From: Candidatus Sericytochromatia bacterium
GTDB taxonomy: Bacteria; Cyanobacteriota; Sericytochromatia; S15B-MN24; JAQBPE01
NCBI GenBank assembly: GCA_040400605.1
Contig: JBBAPZ010000006.1
Span: 73,485-137,484 of the forward strand
Direction: 5' to 3'
Length of the DNA: 64,000 bases
Below are positions 10,216 through 20,323 of this stretch, one piece after another. Under the pieces are notes generated by a model, which was not told the origin of the DNA, made no database searches, and saw only the letters and a list, made by a program, of their open reading frames with translations. Numbering within the stretch: the first letter of the stretch is position 1; each line of letters begins with the position of its first letter. The position numbers and the translations under genes were made by a program.

Positions 10216-10797
10216 TTACCAGGCAGGCGCCGTTGGCGCACCAAAGCCACCTGCGCCATAAGCGCCCGCACCCCCGACGCCACCGGATACAGGCGCGCTC
10301 ATCAGCGGATCAGTCACAATGTCGGCTGTCGCAGCATTGGTCGCCCACCGAGTATCCTCAAAGTCAAAAGTCTTGGTTTCGTTGGCCGCAAGCGATACCG
10401 TTTGCTGGATCGGTGCCGTTTTGGATGTTTTGGAGCCAGCCATGAAGGTGACGGTCAACTTGCCCGTACGGGGTTGATTGCCCGGGTTCACGACTTCCAC
10501 TGTGACCCTGAATTTACCAAGTCCCAAAAACCCGTCTTTCTTCTTCAACACCGTGGCCGTCATATCAGGTTGGGTGGTCGGCGGTTGGTAACCAGGCGTG
10601 CCAAATTGGCCACCCGGTGCTCCCGGGTATGTCCCACCCGGCGCGCCGGGATACTGAGTGCCGGGATCACTGTATGGGTCGTTAATGGGATCCATTGGAA
10701 ACTCAGGAGTGGTCGGGTTGCTTTGCGAACAACCGCTCAGACCCAAGAGGATCGCCGCCGTGAGGCACAAGGCTTTGGTATTGACCGCACTGAACAT
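10216..10797 (-). CDS. Lipoprotein with Pro/Gly-rich linker and Ig-like beta domain
   Basis: GAGGAGG RBS; LLGLSG-C lipobox; YPGAPGG twice; VTVEVVNPG...QTVSLAANETKTFDF. Confidence 0.8.
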   Translation of the reverse strand: MFSAVNTKALCLTAAILLGLSGCSQSNPTTPEFPMDPINDPYSDPGTQYPGAPGGTYPGAPGGQFGTPGYQPPTTQPDMTATVLKKKDGFLGLGKFRVTVEVVNPGNQPRTGKLTVTFMAGSKTSKTAPIQQTVSLAANETKTFDFEDTRWATNAATADIVTDPLMSAPVSGGVGGAGAYGAGGFGAPTAPAW

Positions 10798-11363
10798 GAA
10801 CGCTTCCTCCTCGGTGATTGGCATCGAATTTCCTGCTGATACTATCGCCGACCACCAGATAGAACTTGCGTTAATTAAACTTTAAAGAAACTTCAAGACG
10901 CTTTCACGTTTCACGACTGAGCGTGGCGCAATGAGCAAACGATGCGTGTCAAATCACCCAGTGGTTCGCCTCAAGTCCGTGCTATTTGCCGTTAAAACCC
11001 GGTGTATGCCGCTTGTTCTCATTCGCCTTGCCTTCACGTTTTAAGTGCTGCATCGCAAGCGGTACGGCGCGTGGCAGCCTTAAGGTGTGCATTTACTGTC
11101 GTTTGCCTGGCCGCAATCGGCCCTGTCACAAGCCTGGTCAACGCGTCACAAAATTAGAACGTGCCTGTACGCCTGTTCGACACCACACAAACCTGTAACG
11201 TGCTTGCAACATCCTTTAGACAGCTGTTTCAGGGCACCTTGCCTGCAAACTGGTTTAGATCGTTTTGTGGATCGCATGTTTTTTATTGATCATGCTAAGA
11301 CTTGGTTTCCCGGATTTTTACCGCAAACTGTCGAATGTCCGGTAGGGTGTATCAAAGAGGTTT

Positions 11364-11401
11364 AAAAAGGGAATGGCCCCCGAAGAACACTCGGGGGCCA
11401 T
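11364..11401 (-). terminator. Rho-independent terminator of the glycoside hydrolase gene
   Basis: ATGGCCCCCGA-N7-TCGGGGGCCAT, followed on the minus strand by TCCCTTTTT. Confidence 0.8.
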
Positions 11402-11440
11402 GTTTACGTTAACGCGTTTTCATTTTTGTCGTCGTTGGCA

Positions 11441-13495
11441 TTAACGGGTCAACTCCAACAGGGTGATGCTTGCCTTGCGGAAGTTAAAGCCGTTGAGGGA
11501 CGGGTTGGTGATTGTTGTGACGTCAGCGTTGGCCGCATCATAGCCATTTGGTGCTGAAAGCACGTATGCCGTGGCACTGGCAGGTGTGAAACCAACCTGG
11601 ATATCCGCACTCAGGTCGGCATCGTTGGTCCGGTGCACCACCATGACATACACCTTGTTACCGGTTTGCGCCGCACTGAAAGTCAATTTCGGCATGGTAA
11701 CGCTGGTACTGGCTCCTTTCACGGCCAAAGTCGGAATCGCTGAACCTGTTGTCGCAACAATCTCATCGCCCCAGTGTTGTGCCAACATTTTCTGGAACTT
11801 GAAGATGGCCGTGACATTTTGCGGGTCATTCTTGAAAAAGAAAGCCGCATCGGCCATTTCTTTGTGGTCAAAGCAAAACTCAACCGCCGCACGCAGATCC
11901 AGATTAAAGGCCAGAATGACTGAATCCGCCGCATACAAGGCACCGAACAGCCCACGAGAACGGGTCACATCACTGTAAAGGTGTGTGAAAAATTCCGTAT
12001 TGCTGATGTAAATGGGTCGACCACCGCCATATTGCTTGATCGCCGGTTTGATTTCATTTTCAATCTTGTTTCGGTTCCATTCGTTCTGAGCCATGATGGT
12101 CAACAGGTTACCGGATTGATAAAGTGGCCACGACGGATAGCCATGAAAGGTCAGGAAGTCCACCTCCGAACCCATGATTTGCAGGATATTTTTGACCGTG
12201 GTGGCGCCACCACTCCAGCCATTGCCCATCCAATTGGAGTTGATGGATGCCACGGCACCAATCTTGATCGGTGTATCCGAACTGGCGCGCATCTGCTTGG
12301 CAAACAACAACGCTCGTTGGGCGTAAACAGATTCATTGGGCGCATATTGATCGTGCCCACGCACCCTGTCCCACGGAATCTCGTTGCCAAGCTCAAACTC
12401 CGTCACCTGCTGCAAAGGCATCGGATATTTTGCCCGATTCGCGTCATTGGCACGATTCAGGTAACTGACGTACCGACCGGCTTCTTCTGGCGTACTGGTA
12501 CCATAATTGACCGTGTGAAACTGATACGCGCCCATGGCGGCCGCTTCCTTCAAGCCTTCACGAATGTCATCGTAAGGGTACTGGGTCGTGACATTCCAGC
12601 ACGACTCGAAGTGGAAACCGGTCATATAGTCATAATCATACCGACCATCCGTCGGGCCGTGCCCGATGCGGTACAGGTATCGGCGATCGCCCCACTGCGG
12701 CGTCAATTCGCGCATTTTGGCCAACTTCGCCGCACCGTTTGGAAAGTCACCCGTCACGTGGTTACGATTGGTGCCCAATATTTGCGACACCGCCTTGTGC
12801 AACACACGCCCTGTATCAACCACGATCGTCGGCCGGTTGCCGGCAGGCGTCGGAACCACAGTTGAAGTAGGCTGCGGCACCGGCGTTGACGTCGCAACCG
12901 GCGTTGGCGTCACAACTGGCGACACATCCGCAGAAGGCATCACGGACACCACAGGTGACGGCGACACAGTCGGTACAGGCGAGGTGGTGGCAGTCTTTCC
13001 GCCGACAGCCACCACCTCGAACAACATCACGGAACGCCCGCTGTTGGCAAAACGCAACCGGATCATCCGTGCCAGGGTATTTGCCGGCATTCGCTTGGTT
13101 TCCAGATTCCATGTCGAGTTTTTCACGCCAGTCAACACCGTGCGCCAACTGGAACCATCCAGCGATACATCGAGCGAATAACTGCCAGCCGGATTGACCT
13201 TGATACGCAGTTCGGTCAACTCCAGCTGTTCAGCCAACCCAGCCCGCCAGAAAGGATTATTCACCTGGCCACTGTTCCAGTGCGTGTCCGCGTTTTGATC
13301 GATCGCACGGCCGGCGGTTGACGCATTGACCGAAGCCGTTGCCTGCTGCAAAGACAACACCGAAGGATTCGCCACATAAGCCCGTAAACCCGTCTGCTCA
13401 AAGACCGGTTGCTGCACCGAACAGGCCCACACACCCAAAGCCAGACAAATGGCCCCTTGGTTAAAAAAACGTCTGCTTGTTCGACTGTTTGACAT
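11441..13495 (-). CDS. Modular lipoprotein glycoside hydrolase (F5/8-type C/CBM32, P/T/S linker, clan GH-A domain, GH51-like)
   Basis: VWA-C lipobox; AIDQNADTHWNS discoidin motif; PTP/SPV linker; TVNYGT, ELGNE (acid/base), FHGY, NTEF (nucleophile); C-terminal beta-sandwich. Start moved to ATG 13495. Confidence 0.8.
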   Translation of the reverse strand: MSNSRTSRRFFNQGAICLALGVWACSVQQPVFEQTGLRAYVANPSVLSLQQATASVNASTAGRAIDQNADTHWNSGQVNNPFWRAGLAEQLELTELRIKVNPAGSYSLDVSLDGSSWRTVLTGVKNSTWNLETKRMPANTLARMIRLRFANSGRSVMLFEVVAVGGKTATTSPVPTVSPSPVVSVMPSADVSPVVTPTPVATSTPVPQPTSTVVPTPAGNRPTIVVDTGRVLHKAVSQILGTNRNHVTGDFPNGAAKLAKMRELTPQWGDRRYLYRIGHGPTDGRYDYDYMTGFHFESCWNVTTQYPYDDIREGLKEAAAMGAYQFHTVNYGTSTPEEAGRYVSYLNRANDANRAKYPMPLQQVTEFELGNEIPWDRVRGHDQYAPNESVYAQRALLFAKQMRASSDTPIKIGAVASINSNWMGNGWSGGATTVKNILQIMGSEVDFLTFHGYPSWPLYQSGNLLTIMAQNEWNRNKIENEIKPAIKQYGGGRPIYISNTEFFTHLYSDVTRSRGLFGALYAADSVILAFNLDLRAAVEFCFDHKEMADAAFFFKNDPQNVTAIFKFQKMLAQHWGDEIVATTGSAIPTLAVKGASTSVTMPKLTFSAAQTGNKVYVMVVHRTNDADLSADIQVGFTPASATAYVLSAPNGYDAANADVTTITNPSLNGFNFRKASITLLELTR

Positions 13496-14142
13496 TCTAA
13501 ACCTTCTCTTTTCCATAAAAAGCTTTCTTGTGAACCGAAACGCGCAAATAGTACATCTTAATTTCATTTTTTACGCCATTTTTTTAAAAAAAATGTGTAA
13601 ATAAAATTAAAAGCTAGCTTGATTGCTCATTAACATCGGTTAATTTAATTCATAAACTGGCATTCGACCATTCACAGCAATAAAACCTGAAAAGAGTCAT
13701 CTCGTGATCAATGAAAATCATTCAATACGCGAAACGCTCTGGGTTAATTGGCAGGAAAGGTGCACTGCAACAGGCATCCAAAGGATGTTTCAAGCACTCA
13801 CTGATTTTATGAATTGTCGAACAGGCGATGAATGAAACGGTCAACCAGCATCAGATGACAAACCGCCACTGCAACCGAGCCTGAAAATCAAGTGATAGCC
13901 TTGTTAAGGCGAACCGTTCGATCCGCAAAACAAGCAACAGCGTTTTCAGGCGAACCACACTGGAACCCTTGTGGCCTTTTTTGGTTACTGATCGATGATT
14001 TGAAACGTCTCAGTGATTCCAAGCCCTGTCAGGCAGGTTTCACCTATTCAATCGTGAATTGTTGGCAGCCGCGGAATGTTTTTGTTTGACCTTGAGATGT
14101 CGCGCCACCTGTCAGGGGTTTTCGTGACGTGAATTCCGATCG

Positions 14143-14151
14143 TGGTAGAAT
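14143..14151 (+). promoter_or_regulatory. Extended -10 element upstream of der
   Basis: TG-G-TAGAAT 50 bp before the ATG; similar GGTAGAAT boxes precede pepA (41841) and clpC (46363, minus strand). Confidence 0.45.
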
Positions 14152-14200
14152 GTAAGCAGGGGGCGTGGAAGACGTCAAAAATGAAGAAACAGGATATGAA

Positions 14201-15532
14201 ATGCCGTTACCGACCATTGCGATAGTAGGCCGGCCCAATGTGGGCAAGTCGACGTTTACGAATCGCCTCGTCGGTTCGCGTGCGGCCATCGTTCACGATG
14301 AGCCTGGTGTCACGCGGGACCGTCAGTATCTGAAGTCAGATTGGAACGGGCGTGATTTCATCGTGGTCGATACGGGGGGTATCGTGCCCGGCGTGAATGA
14401 TGACGTGATTTTGCGGGGCATTCGTGAGCAGGCGGAGGTGGCTTGTGAGGAAGCGGACACCATTTTGATGATGGTGGATGCCAAGCAGGGGATTACGCCG
14501 ATTGACGAAGAGGTTGCGCAGTTTTTGCGTTCGACGCGGAAGCCTGTCTTCGTGGTGGCGAACAAGGTCGATAACGTCGAGTTGGAGGCGAACGCGGCGG
14601 AATTTTATGAATTGGGTCTTGGTGCGCCTTATGGAGTCAGTTCGATTCATGGCTTGGGTATTGGGGATCTTCTGGATGACATTGTGAAGACCTTTGGCCC
14701 CTTGGAGGCGGATGAGACAGCGGGTGAGCTCAAAATTGCGATTGTGGGGCGGCCGAACGTGGGCAAGTCTTCGCTTACCAATCGTCTGTTAGGATCGGCG
14801 CGGATGATTGTCGCGGATGAGGCCGGGACGACGCGCGATGCGATTGATTCGTTGCTGGTGGTGGGAGACAGGCGTTACGTGTTGGTGGATACGGCGGGAA
14901 TTCGACGGCGTGCCAAGGTGCAATACGGGGTTGAGCAATTTGCGGTGGTGCGATCGCTCAAAGCCATTGAACGTGCCGATGTTGTTGTAATGGTCATTGA
15001 CGCAATTGATGGTGTGACGGAGCAGGATCAGCGCATCGCGGGCATGGCGGATGATGCCGGCAAACCGTGTGTGTTGGTCATCAACAAGTGGGATCTGGTG
15101 GACAAGGATACTTACACCATGGAAGCCTTCAAAAAAGACATACGGGATCGTCTGCACCATGTCGATTATGCACCGATGATCTTTACGAGCGCACTGAGCG
15201 GTCAACGGGTGAGCAAGGTGCTTGAAGCAGCGGAAGCGGCGCACGCGGAAGCGGCCAGGCGTATCACGACCGGCTTGCTCAATCAGGTTGTCACGGAAGC
15301 GATTGCGCTGAATCCACCTCCGACCGTGCGTGGGCGTGGTATGAAAGTGTATTACACCACGCAAGTGCGGGATTTTCCGCCCACGTTTTTGTTGTTTGTG
15401 AATGATCCCACGATGGCGACGCAATCGTACACGCGGTATCTGGAGAACAAATTGCGTGCAGCCTTTGGATTTTCGGGAACGCCTATTCGGGTGGTCTTTC
15501 GTGAGCGGCGCGAAAAGGATCGTCATCAGTAA
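14201..15532 (+). CDS. der: Ribosome biogenesis GTPase Der (EngA)
   Basis: Two GRPNVGKS P-loops, DTGG/DTAG, NKVD/NKWD, KH-like C-terminus. Confidence 0.98.
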   Translation: MPLPTIAIVGRPNVGKSTFTNRLVGSRAAIVHDEPGVTRDRQYLKSDWNGRDFIVVDTGGIVPGVNDDVILRGIREQAEVACEEADTILMMVDAKQGITPIDEEVAQFLRSTRKPVFVVANKVDNVELEANAAEFYELGLGAPYGVSSIHGLGIGDLLDDIVKTFGPLEADETAGELKIAIVGRPNVGKSSLTNRLLGSARMIVADEAGTTRDAIDSLLVVGDRRYVLVDTAGIRRRAKVQYGVEQFAVVRSLKAIERADVVVMVIDAIDGVTEQDQRIAGMADDAGKPCVLVINKWDLVDKDTYTMEAFKKDIRDRLHHVDYAPMIFTSALSGQRVSKVLEAAEAAHAEAARRITTGLLNQVVTEAIALNPPPTVRGRGMKVYYTTQVRDFPPTFLLFVNDPTMATQSYTRYLENKLRAAFGFSGTPIRVVFRERREKDRHQ

Positions 15533-15552
15533 GCCTGGAAGGCGGAAACCAC

Positions 15553-16476
15553 ATGACAGCATATCGGCCCCGTTCTGGGAAACCGCCGGTCACACCGCAC
15601 GTCACCCGTTTGAAACAAACAAGCCAACCACCTTCTCCGCACCGCGCCAAAAAGCGTCTGGGTCAAAATTTTCTGCGTGATGCGCGGGTGCTAGAGGCCA
15701 TCGTTGACGCAGCCGGTCTCGTTGCCCAAGAGCAGGTCCTTGAGATCGGACCGGGGCGTGGCGCATTAACGCAGGCCTTGCTGCCCCAAACACAGCGGGT
15801 GGTGGCGGTGGAGATTGATCAAGGCCTCAGACCGGTCTTGACACCCATCGGTGCGCTCAATCCCCACCTTCATCTGGTTTTTGGGGATTTTCTTAAAATG
15901 GGTTGGTCGGACTTGCCCTTCGATCCGGGTTTGCCGATTGTCGTGGTGGCCAACATCCCTTACTACATCACGTCTCCGATTCTGTTGAAACTGTTACAGG
16001 CCGAACGGCTCGAACGCGAACCCCTTGAGACAATCCGGCCGCTCGCCACCCGCATGCTCTTGATGGTGCAATGGGAAGTGGCCCAACGCCTCACCGCTGC
16101 ACCCGGCAGCAAAGCGTACGGCTCGTTGAGCATTTTGGTGCAGTATGCGGCGGATGTTCAGCTCGTGATGCGGGTGGAGGCCAAGTCGTTCATCCCGCGC
16201 CCAGCAGTTGATTCCGCGGTGGTCATGTTGACGCCGCGGAATCAGGCACCCATTGACGTTGACGATGTTCCGGCTTTTTTTCGGACGGTGCGTCAAGCCT
16301 TCGCCCAGCGTCGCAAGACGTTGAACAATGCGCTGGGCGCCGCGGGGCATCCGAAAGAGACGCTGGGGTGGTTACAGACATCGACGGGCATTGATCTCGG
16401 TCGCCGGGCAGAAACGCTGAGTCTGGCGGAATTTGCGCAACTGGCCAATGCCCTTGCAAACAAGCATTCTGTTTGA
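15553..16476 (+). CDS. rsmA: 16S rRNA dimethyltransferase RsmA/KsgA
   Basis: KKRLGQNFL, EIGPGRG, VANIPYYIT, FAQRRKTL, RAETL. Confidence 0.97.
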   Translation: MTAYRPRSGKPPVTPHVTRLKQTSQPPSPHRAKKRLGQNFLRDARVLEAIVDAAGLVAQEQVLEIGPGRGALTQALLPQTQRVVAVEIDQGLRPVLTPIGALNPHLHLVFGDFLKMGWSDLPFDPGLPIVVVANIPYYITSPILLKLLQAERLEREPLETIRPLATRMLLMVQWEVAQRLTAAPGSKAYGSLSILVQYAADVQLVMRVEAKSFIPRPAVDSAVVMLTPRNQAPIDVDDVPAFFRTVRQAFAQRRKTLNNALGAAGHPKETLGWLQTSTGIDLGRRAETLSLAEFAQLANALANKHSV

Positions 16477-17344
16477 CGACATCGTTCCCGAAAGTGCCCA
16501 TCATATGCTGCTTGGGCGTTATCTCGCACAGGTATTGCATCTGTCAGGAACGCTGATCCGACGCCTCAAAGTGACCGGGGGCATCGTTGTCAATGGTGTG
16601 GTCGCCCGGACCTGCGATCGCTTGAAGGCGGGCGATCGCCTCTGCCTTTTCTGGCAGGGACGTGAATCAGTCACAGTCACGCCCGAACCGCTCGCCCTCG
16701 ACATTCTCTACGACGATGCCGATTTCATCGTGCTCAACAAACCCGCTGGCACTGTGGTGCACCCCACCCACGGGGTCTACAGCCAAACCTTGGCCAACGG
16801 GCTCGCACATTTTTTTTTCAGTCGCGGTGAACCTGTACAGATTCATCCCGTCCATCGCCTGGATCGCATGACCTCAGGGGTCATCGTCTTCGCCCGACAC
16901 CCCCTGGCTCATCAACGCCTGAGCGAGCAACTGCTCACGTGCAAATGGCTCAAGCGTTACCGCGCCTTGGTGCGTGGCCGGATGGAATCTGACAGCGGCC
17001 GCATCACACTGCCGATCGCACGCGTAACCCACCACCCGGTCAAACGCTGTGTCCGCGGTGACGGCCAGTCCGCCGACACCACATACCGTGTCTTGCAGCG
17101 GCACGCACACATCACCGAACTCGACGTGACCCTCCACACCGGACGCACCCATCAGATCCGGGTACACCTGGCTGCCATCGGACACCCACTCATCCAAGAC
17201 GACCTTTACGAATCCGAACGTGCGGGAAAACCCTTGCGCCATGCCCTGCACGCGAGCACCTTGGGCTTCAGGCATCCCCGCACGGGCGCGCCGCTAACAT
17301 TTGAGGCGCCCTTGCCTGATGACTGGACACAATTGTTGGGTTAA
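16448..17344 (+). CDS. RluA-family pseudouridine synthase
   Basis: NKPAG..VHP, HRLDRMTSG catalytic motif, TGRTHQIRVH, LHA; start moved to ATG 16448. Confidence 0.95.
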   Translation: MPLQTSILFDDIVPESAHHMLLGRYLAQVLHLSGTLIRRLKVTGGIVVNGVVARTCDRLKAGDRLCLFWQGRESVTVTPEPLALDILYDDADFIVLNKPAGTVVHPTHGVYSQTLANGLAHFFFSRGEPVQIHPVHRLDRMTSGVIVFARHPLAHQRLSEQLLTCKWLKRYRALVRGRMESDSGRITLPIARVTHHPVKRCVRGDGQSADTTYRVLQRHAHITELDVTLHTGRTHQIRVHLAAIGHPLIQDDLYESERAGKPLRHALHASTLGFRHPRTGAPLTFEAPLPDDWTQLLG

Positions 17345-17536
17345 AGAACCAATCGCACAGATGCAACACAGGAATCCCGAAGTTATTCACATCCAGGCGT
17401 ATTATGCAGCGATCGCAATCCGCAAAACTTTAAGTCCGAGTTAAGTCTCACTATCTTTTCGCGAGTATTAACAGCATCCAAACGATAACCTGACAATACC
17501 AATTAGCGATTGATAAGCTCCTAGGAGGAAATCCAA

Positions 17537-18841
17537 ATGAGTGTCGTGAGCAGGTTGTTTAGTCTCGGATTGCCGGGTTCGGGAGGTCAAGCTACTAAAG
17601 CAATCGACCTCACTTCTGGTCAGCGGGTTTTTTCCGACGGATTCGCCAGATTGAATCCCGAGAACCGCAGCACTGAACTTGCGCGGGCACTCCAAAAGGA
17701 CCCAGAGTTGGCATTATCATTAGCAGTCAACTACGTGGGCGACACGCAAGGGAATGTTTTAAAGTCCCCGGCGGAGCTATGGTTGGCACTAAAGCACGCT
17801 CAAGGCACGACTGATCGTGACGCCCTTCGCCTGCTGTTACAGGAGGTGGCGCGGAAGAAAAAACTGCCGGCATCGATCAGTGACGGACCAGAAGACAGGG
17901 TTACGCTTCCGCTAGACCGTATATCGTTTGGAGAAAACAACGGGAGGCCTTAAAATCCCAAGTTCGTAGAGAAATACCAACAAGAACTCAACGTGGCCGA
18001 GGCATTTAATGGCTGGGCCGATGAAGCCGGCGCACCGGACGCAGGATGGTTGCCGTTCGAACAACTACGGCAACGACTTGCTTCAATTAGCCCAACAAAC
18101 TACAGCTCGGAGGTAGCACTCAAAAGACCGTACGAGGCCTCGTACGACGGAACAGGGTTTACTGGTGAAGAAGCCAAGAACCGCTATCAAGCAGATACAT
18201 CACGCGCAATCGCTCAGCGATACCACATGAGCGGAGCGTTCGGGCGGGTGCTGGCGGATAGCAATCCTGAACCCATCAACAAACAGTGGCTCCAAAATCC
18301 CGACAATCCGTCAATACGATTGTATAACACGCCTCGGTTTGATTTCGGTAAACTTGCAAAGGCCAGTCCCAATATGGAGTCAGTAGCCACGTGGCTAACC
18401 ACTCAATCCAGAAAAGTACAGGATTCCGCACGAGAGGTCGCTCGATCCTTCTGGGAGGAAAAAATTGTAGAAACATATCGTCCAGGCGATCATTCGCCAA
18501 CACGTTGGAGACATTTAGATGAACGGCCTTTGATTGGTGGCTTGGGTTTTGATTCATTCTCGTTCGCACTGACGATGGGTGAGCATCGGAGTAACTGGTC
18601 ACGGCGTGAGGTGATGTCTTGGCTGACATTTCTCGAAGACGAGGCACACAAGACAAATCAATATGATGACTTGTTGGACTTAATAGCGTACGCAAAGGGG
18701 AATCCAACTTCCCATATTTTGGATGACTTGATGAATACTGGAATGCCAATGAGGTTGAATAACCTCGATACGTTCGTCAGCGGCTCTGATGCCTCGAGTA
18801 GGGGTTCTCACGTCAATCGCCCCCAGCTACTCCCAAGGTGA
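17537..18841 (+). pseudogene. Low-GC hypothetical gene interrupted by one in-frame TAA (17951-17953)
   Basis: ORFs 17537-17953 and 17993-18841 share one frame and the 13 codons between them are open. Strong AGGAGG precedes 17537; no SD precedes 17993. Confidence 0.6.
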
Positions 18842-18990
18842 GAGCACGCTTCTTCACCATTACCGGGTGGTGAGTGACGTGACAAGCAGGCAAACAAAAC
18901 CTGACAGGCGTCACAGCCGTTTTGATGCGGACAGTTCCTGCCACGAACTCCGCACGGCGTATCAGCGGTTGCAGTTGTTCTTCAAGTCCT

Positions 18991-19845
18991 TCAATGCCGC
19001 GGGTTGAAATCGAATTCGTGCGCAATGGTTAGTGGCCACTGAATCCAGCGCGTCCCGCTCTTACTCGTTGATTGATAAACCCCTTCCGCAGGCTCCCCAG
19101 TTGGCTCACTCTGTGCGGCCAGACGCAGGATAGTTGCACCCTCAACTGAAAGCAGGCAGCGTGTGGACGGATTGAGCGCAATGTCACCCTTGAATTCCGC
19201 GGTCAGTGTTTGCCAGACAATCGATCGCCCCGGCTTCGCGAGAGCACCGCTTTGTTGGCTGATGATCCGCCCGGGCAAACCATCCACTGAGTCTGGCTCA
19301 ACCAAAGACAGTTTCCAACGACCGTGGCGTATCACCTGCACCGGCACACGCAGACGAACAGGTGTGCCGGTGCCTTCAATGCGACAAGGCCACGACCAGG
19401 CACTCTGATAATCGACCGCGAGTTGAAGGTGCATACCGGACATGTTCGGGTGGTCGATGCCCGCATGACTGACGTGTTCCAACTCAGGTGTGTCCTGTAA
19501 CGCCAAACGGGCATCACGCTCCGCACAGCCCAACACGCAGCCAAACAGCAAGATGACCCAGGTTTTTCGCAGTCTGAAAAACCGAACAAGTCGTGGGATA
19601 GAGTAGCTTGGGACGCTCCGATATCCAAGGGCCAAAAGCAAAGAGAGAGCACAGTTTGACGTCTGTGATTGACGAGCGACCATATTTTTCGGCATCGTTG
19701 CACGCGAAGCACGTGGCGAGGACGAGATGGATGCGCTAGTGCCCAAGGTTAACATCCAGGCGCTCCAATGTGCCCGTACGAACGGCGAGACAAATGACCG
19801 TGTCGGTAATTGGATCACCCTGCGCCACCAACTGACACCCCCCAT
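18991..19845 (-). CDS. Hypothetical lipoprotein (true start probably near 19600)
   Basis: Internal WVILLFGCVLG-C lipobox followed by beta-rich sequence. Confidence 0.5.
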   Translation of the reverse strand: MGGVSWWRRVIQLPTRSFVSPFVRAHWSAWMLTLGTSASISSSPRASRATMPKNMVARQSQTSNCALSLLLALGYRSVPSYSIPRLVRFFRLRKTWVILLFGCVLGCAERDARLALQDTPELEHVSHAGIDHPNMSGMHLQLAVDYQSAWSWPCRIEGTGTPVRLRVPVQVIRHGRWKLSLVEPDSVDGLPGRIISQQSGALAKPGRSIVWQTLTAEFKGDIALNPSTRCLLSVEGATILRLAAQSEPTGEPAEGVYQSTSKSGTRWIQWPLTIAHEFDFNPRH

Positions 19846-20323
19846 CAGTCACCACCGCAACACGCGCAGCAAAGTCCATCAGACAATCATCAATGCGAGC
19901 AACCCCCAAAGCCATGCCTGAGCGGGTGAGCATTCGCGTGAGTCCCACGCGCGCATCGGGAGCCATTCTCAACAACCAATGCGACTGGCACCAAATCAAT
20001 TCCTGAAAACACAATGGCGCCTGCACACCTGACCAAACGTCACAATCTGATCGCGTGCCTAGATCGCACATACCAGGCACCCGTTCGATGTCGCGGATGA
20101 ACCCCAACCATTCGCCGCCCTCACTCTTGATCGGATAACCGATGAAAATGGGCTTCGCAGAGACGGGCGCCCCCCCCGTTTCAGGTTTCATCTCCTCAAT
20201 CCACAAAACGCCGATCCGATGTCCTTCACCGTCAAACAGCAACCGGGTCAACCATCCCAATCGTCGACCATGCTGCAACACCCGCACCTCACACCCGTGC
20301 AGAAAATCAGACCCGCCACCCAT
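19736..20323 (-). CDS. Degenerate tandem PRC-barrel-like protein
   Basis: LHGCEV..HGRRLGWLTRLLFD and IGYPIKSEGGEWLGFIRDI resemble PRC-barrel starts. Confidence 0.4.
   Translation of the reverse strand: MGGGSDFLHGCEVRVLQHGRRLGWLTRLLFDGEGHRIGVLWIEEMKPETGGAPVSAKPIFIGYPIKSEGGEWLGFIRDIERVPGMCDLGTRSDCDVWSGVQAPLCFQELIWCQSHWLLRMAPDARVGLTRMLTRSGMALGVARIDDCLMDFAARVAVVTDGGCQLVAQGDPITDTVICLAVRTGTLERLDVNLGH

Noticed and set aside
10842..10870. Sigma28-like promoter (GCAAG-N15-GGCGATAG, minus strand) before the lipoprotein
   Set aside because: Mismatches in both boxes, spacing one base long, and no convincing second instance.
11981..12865. 294-aa plus-strand ORF
   Set aside because: Antisense shadow of the glycoside hydrolase; the same applies to 14789-15562, 27916-28734 and 56286-57125 against their genes.
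4006..14118. CCTGACA/TGTCAGG as a recurrent motif at skew switch points
   Set aside because: Roughly 15 hits by eye in the whole window versus about 8 expected, with no consistent positioning.
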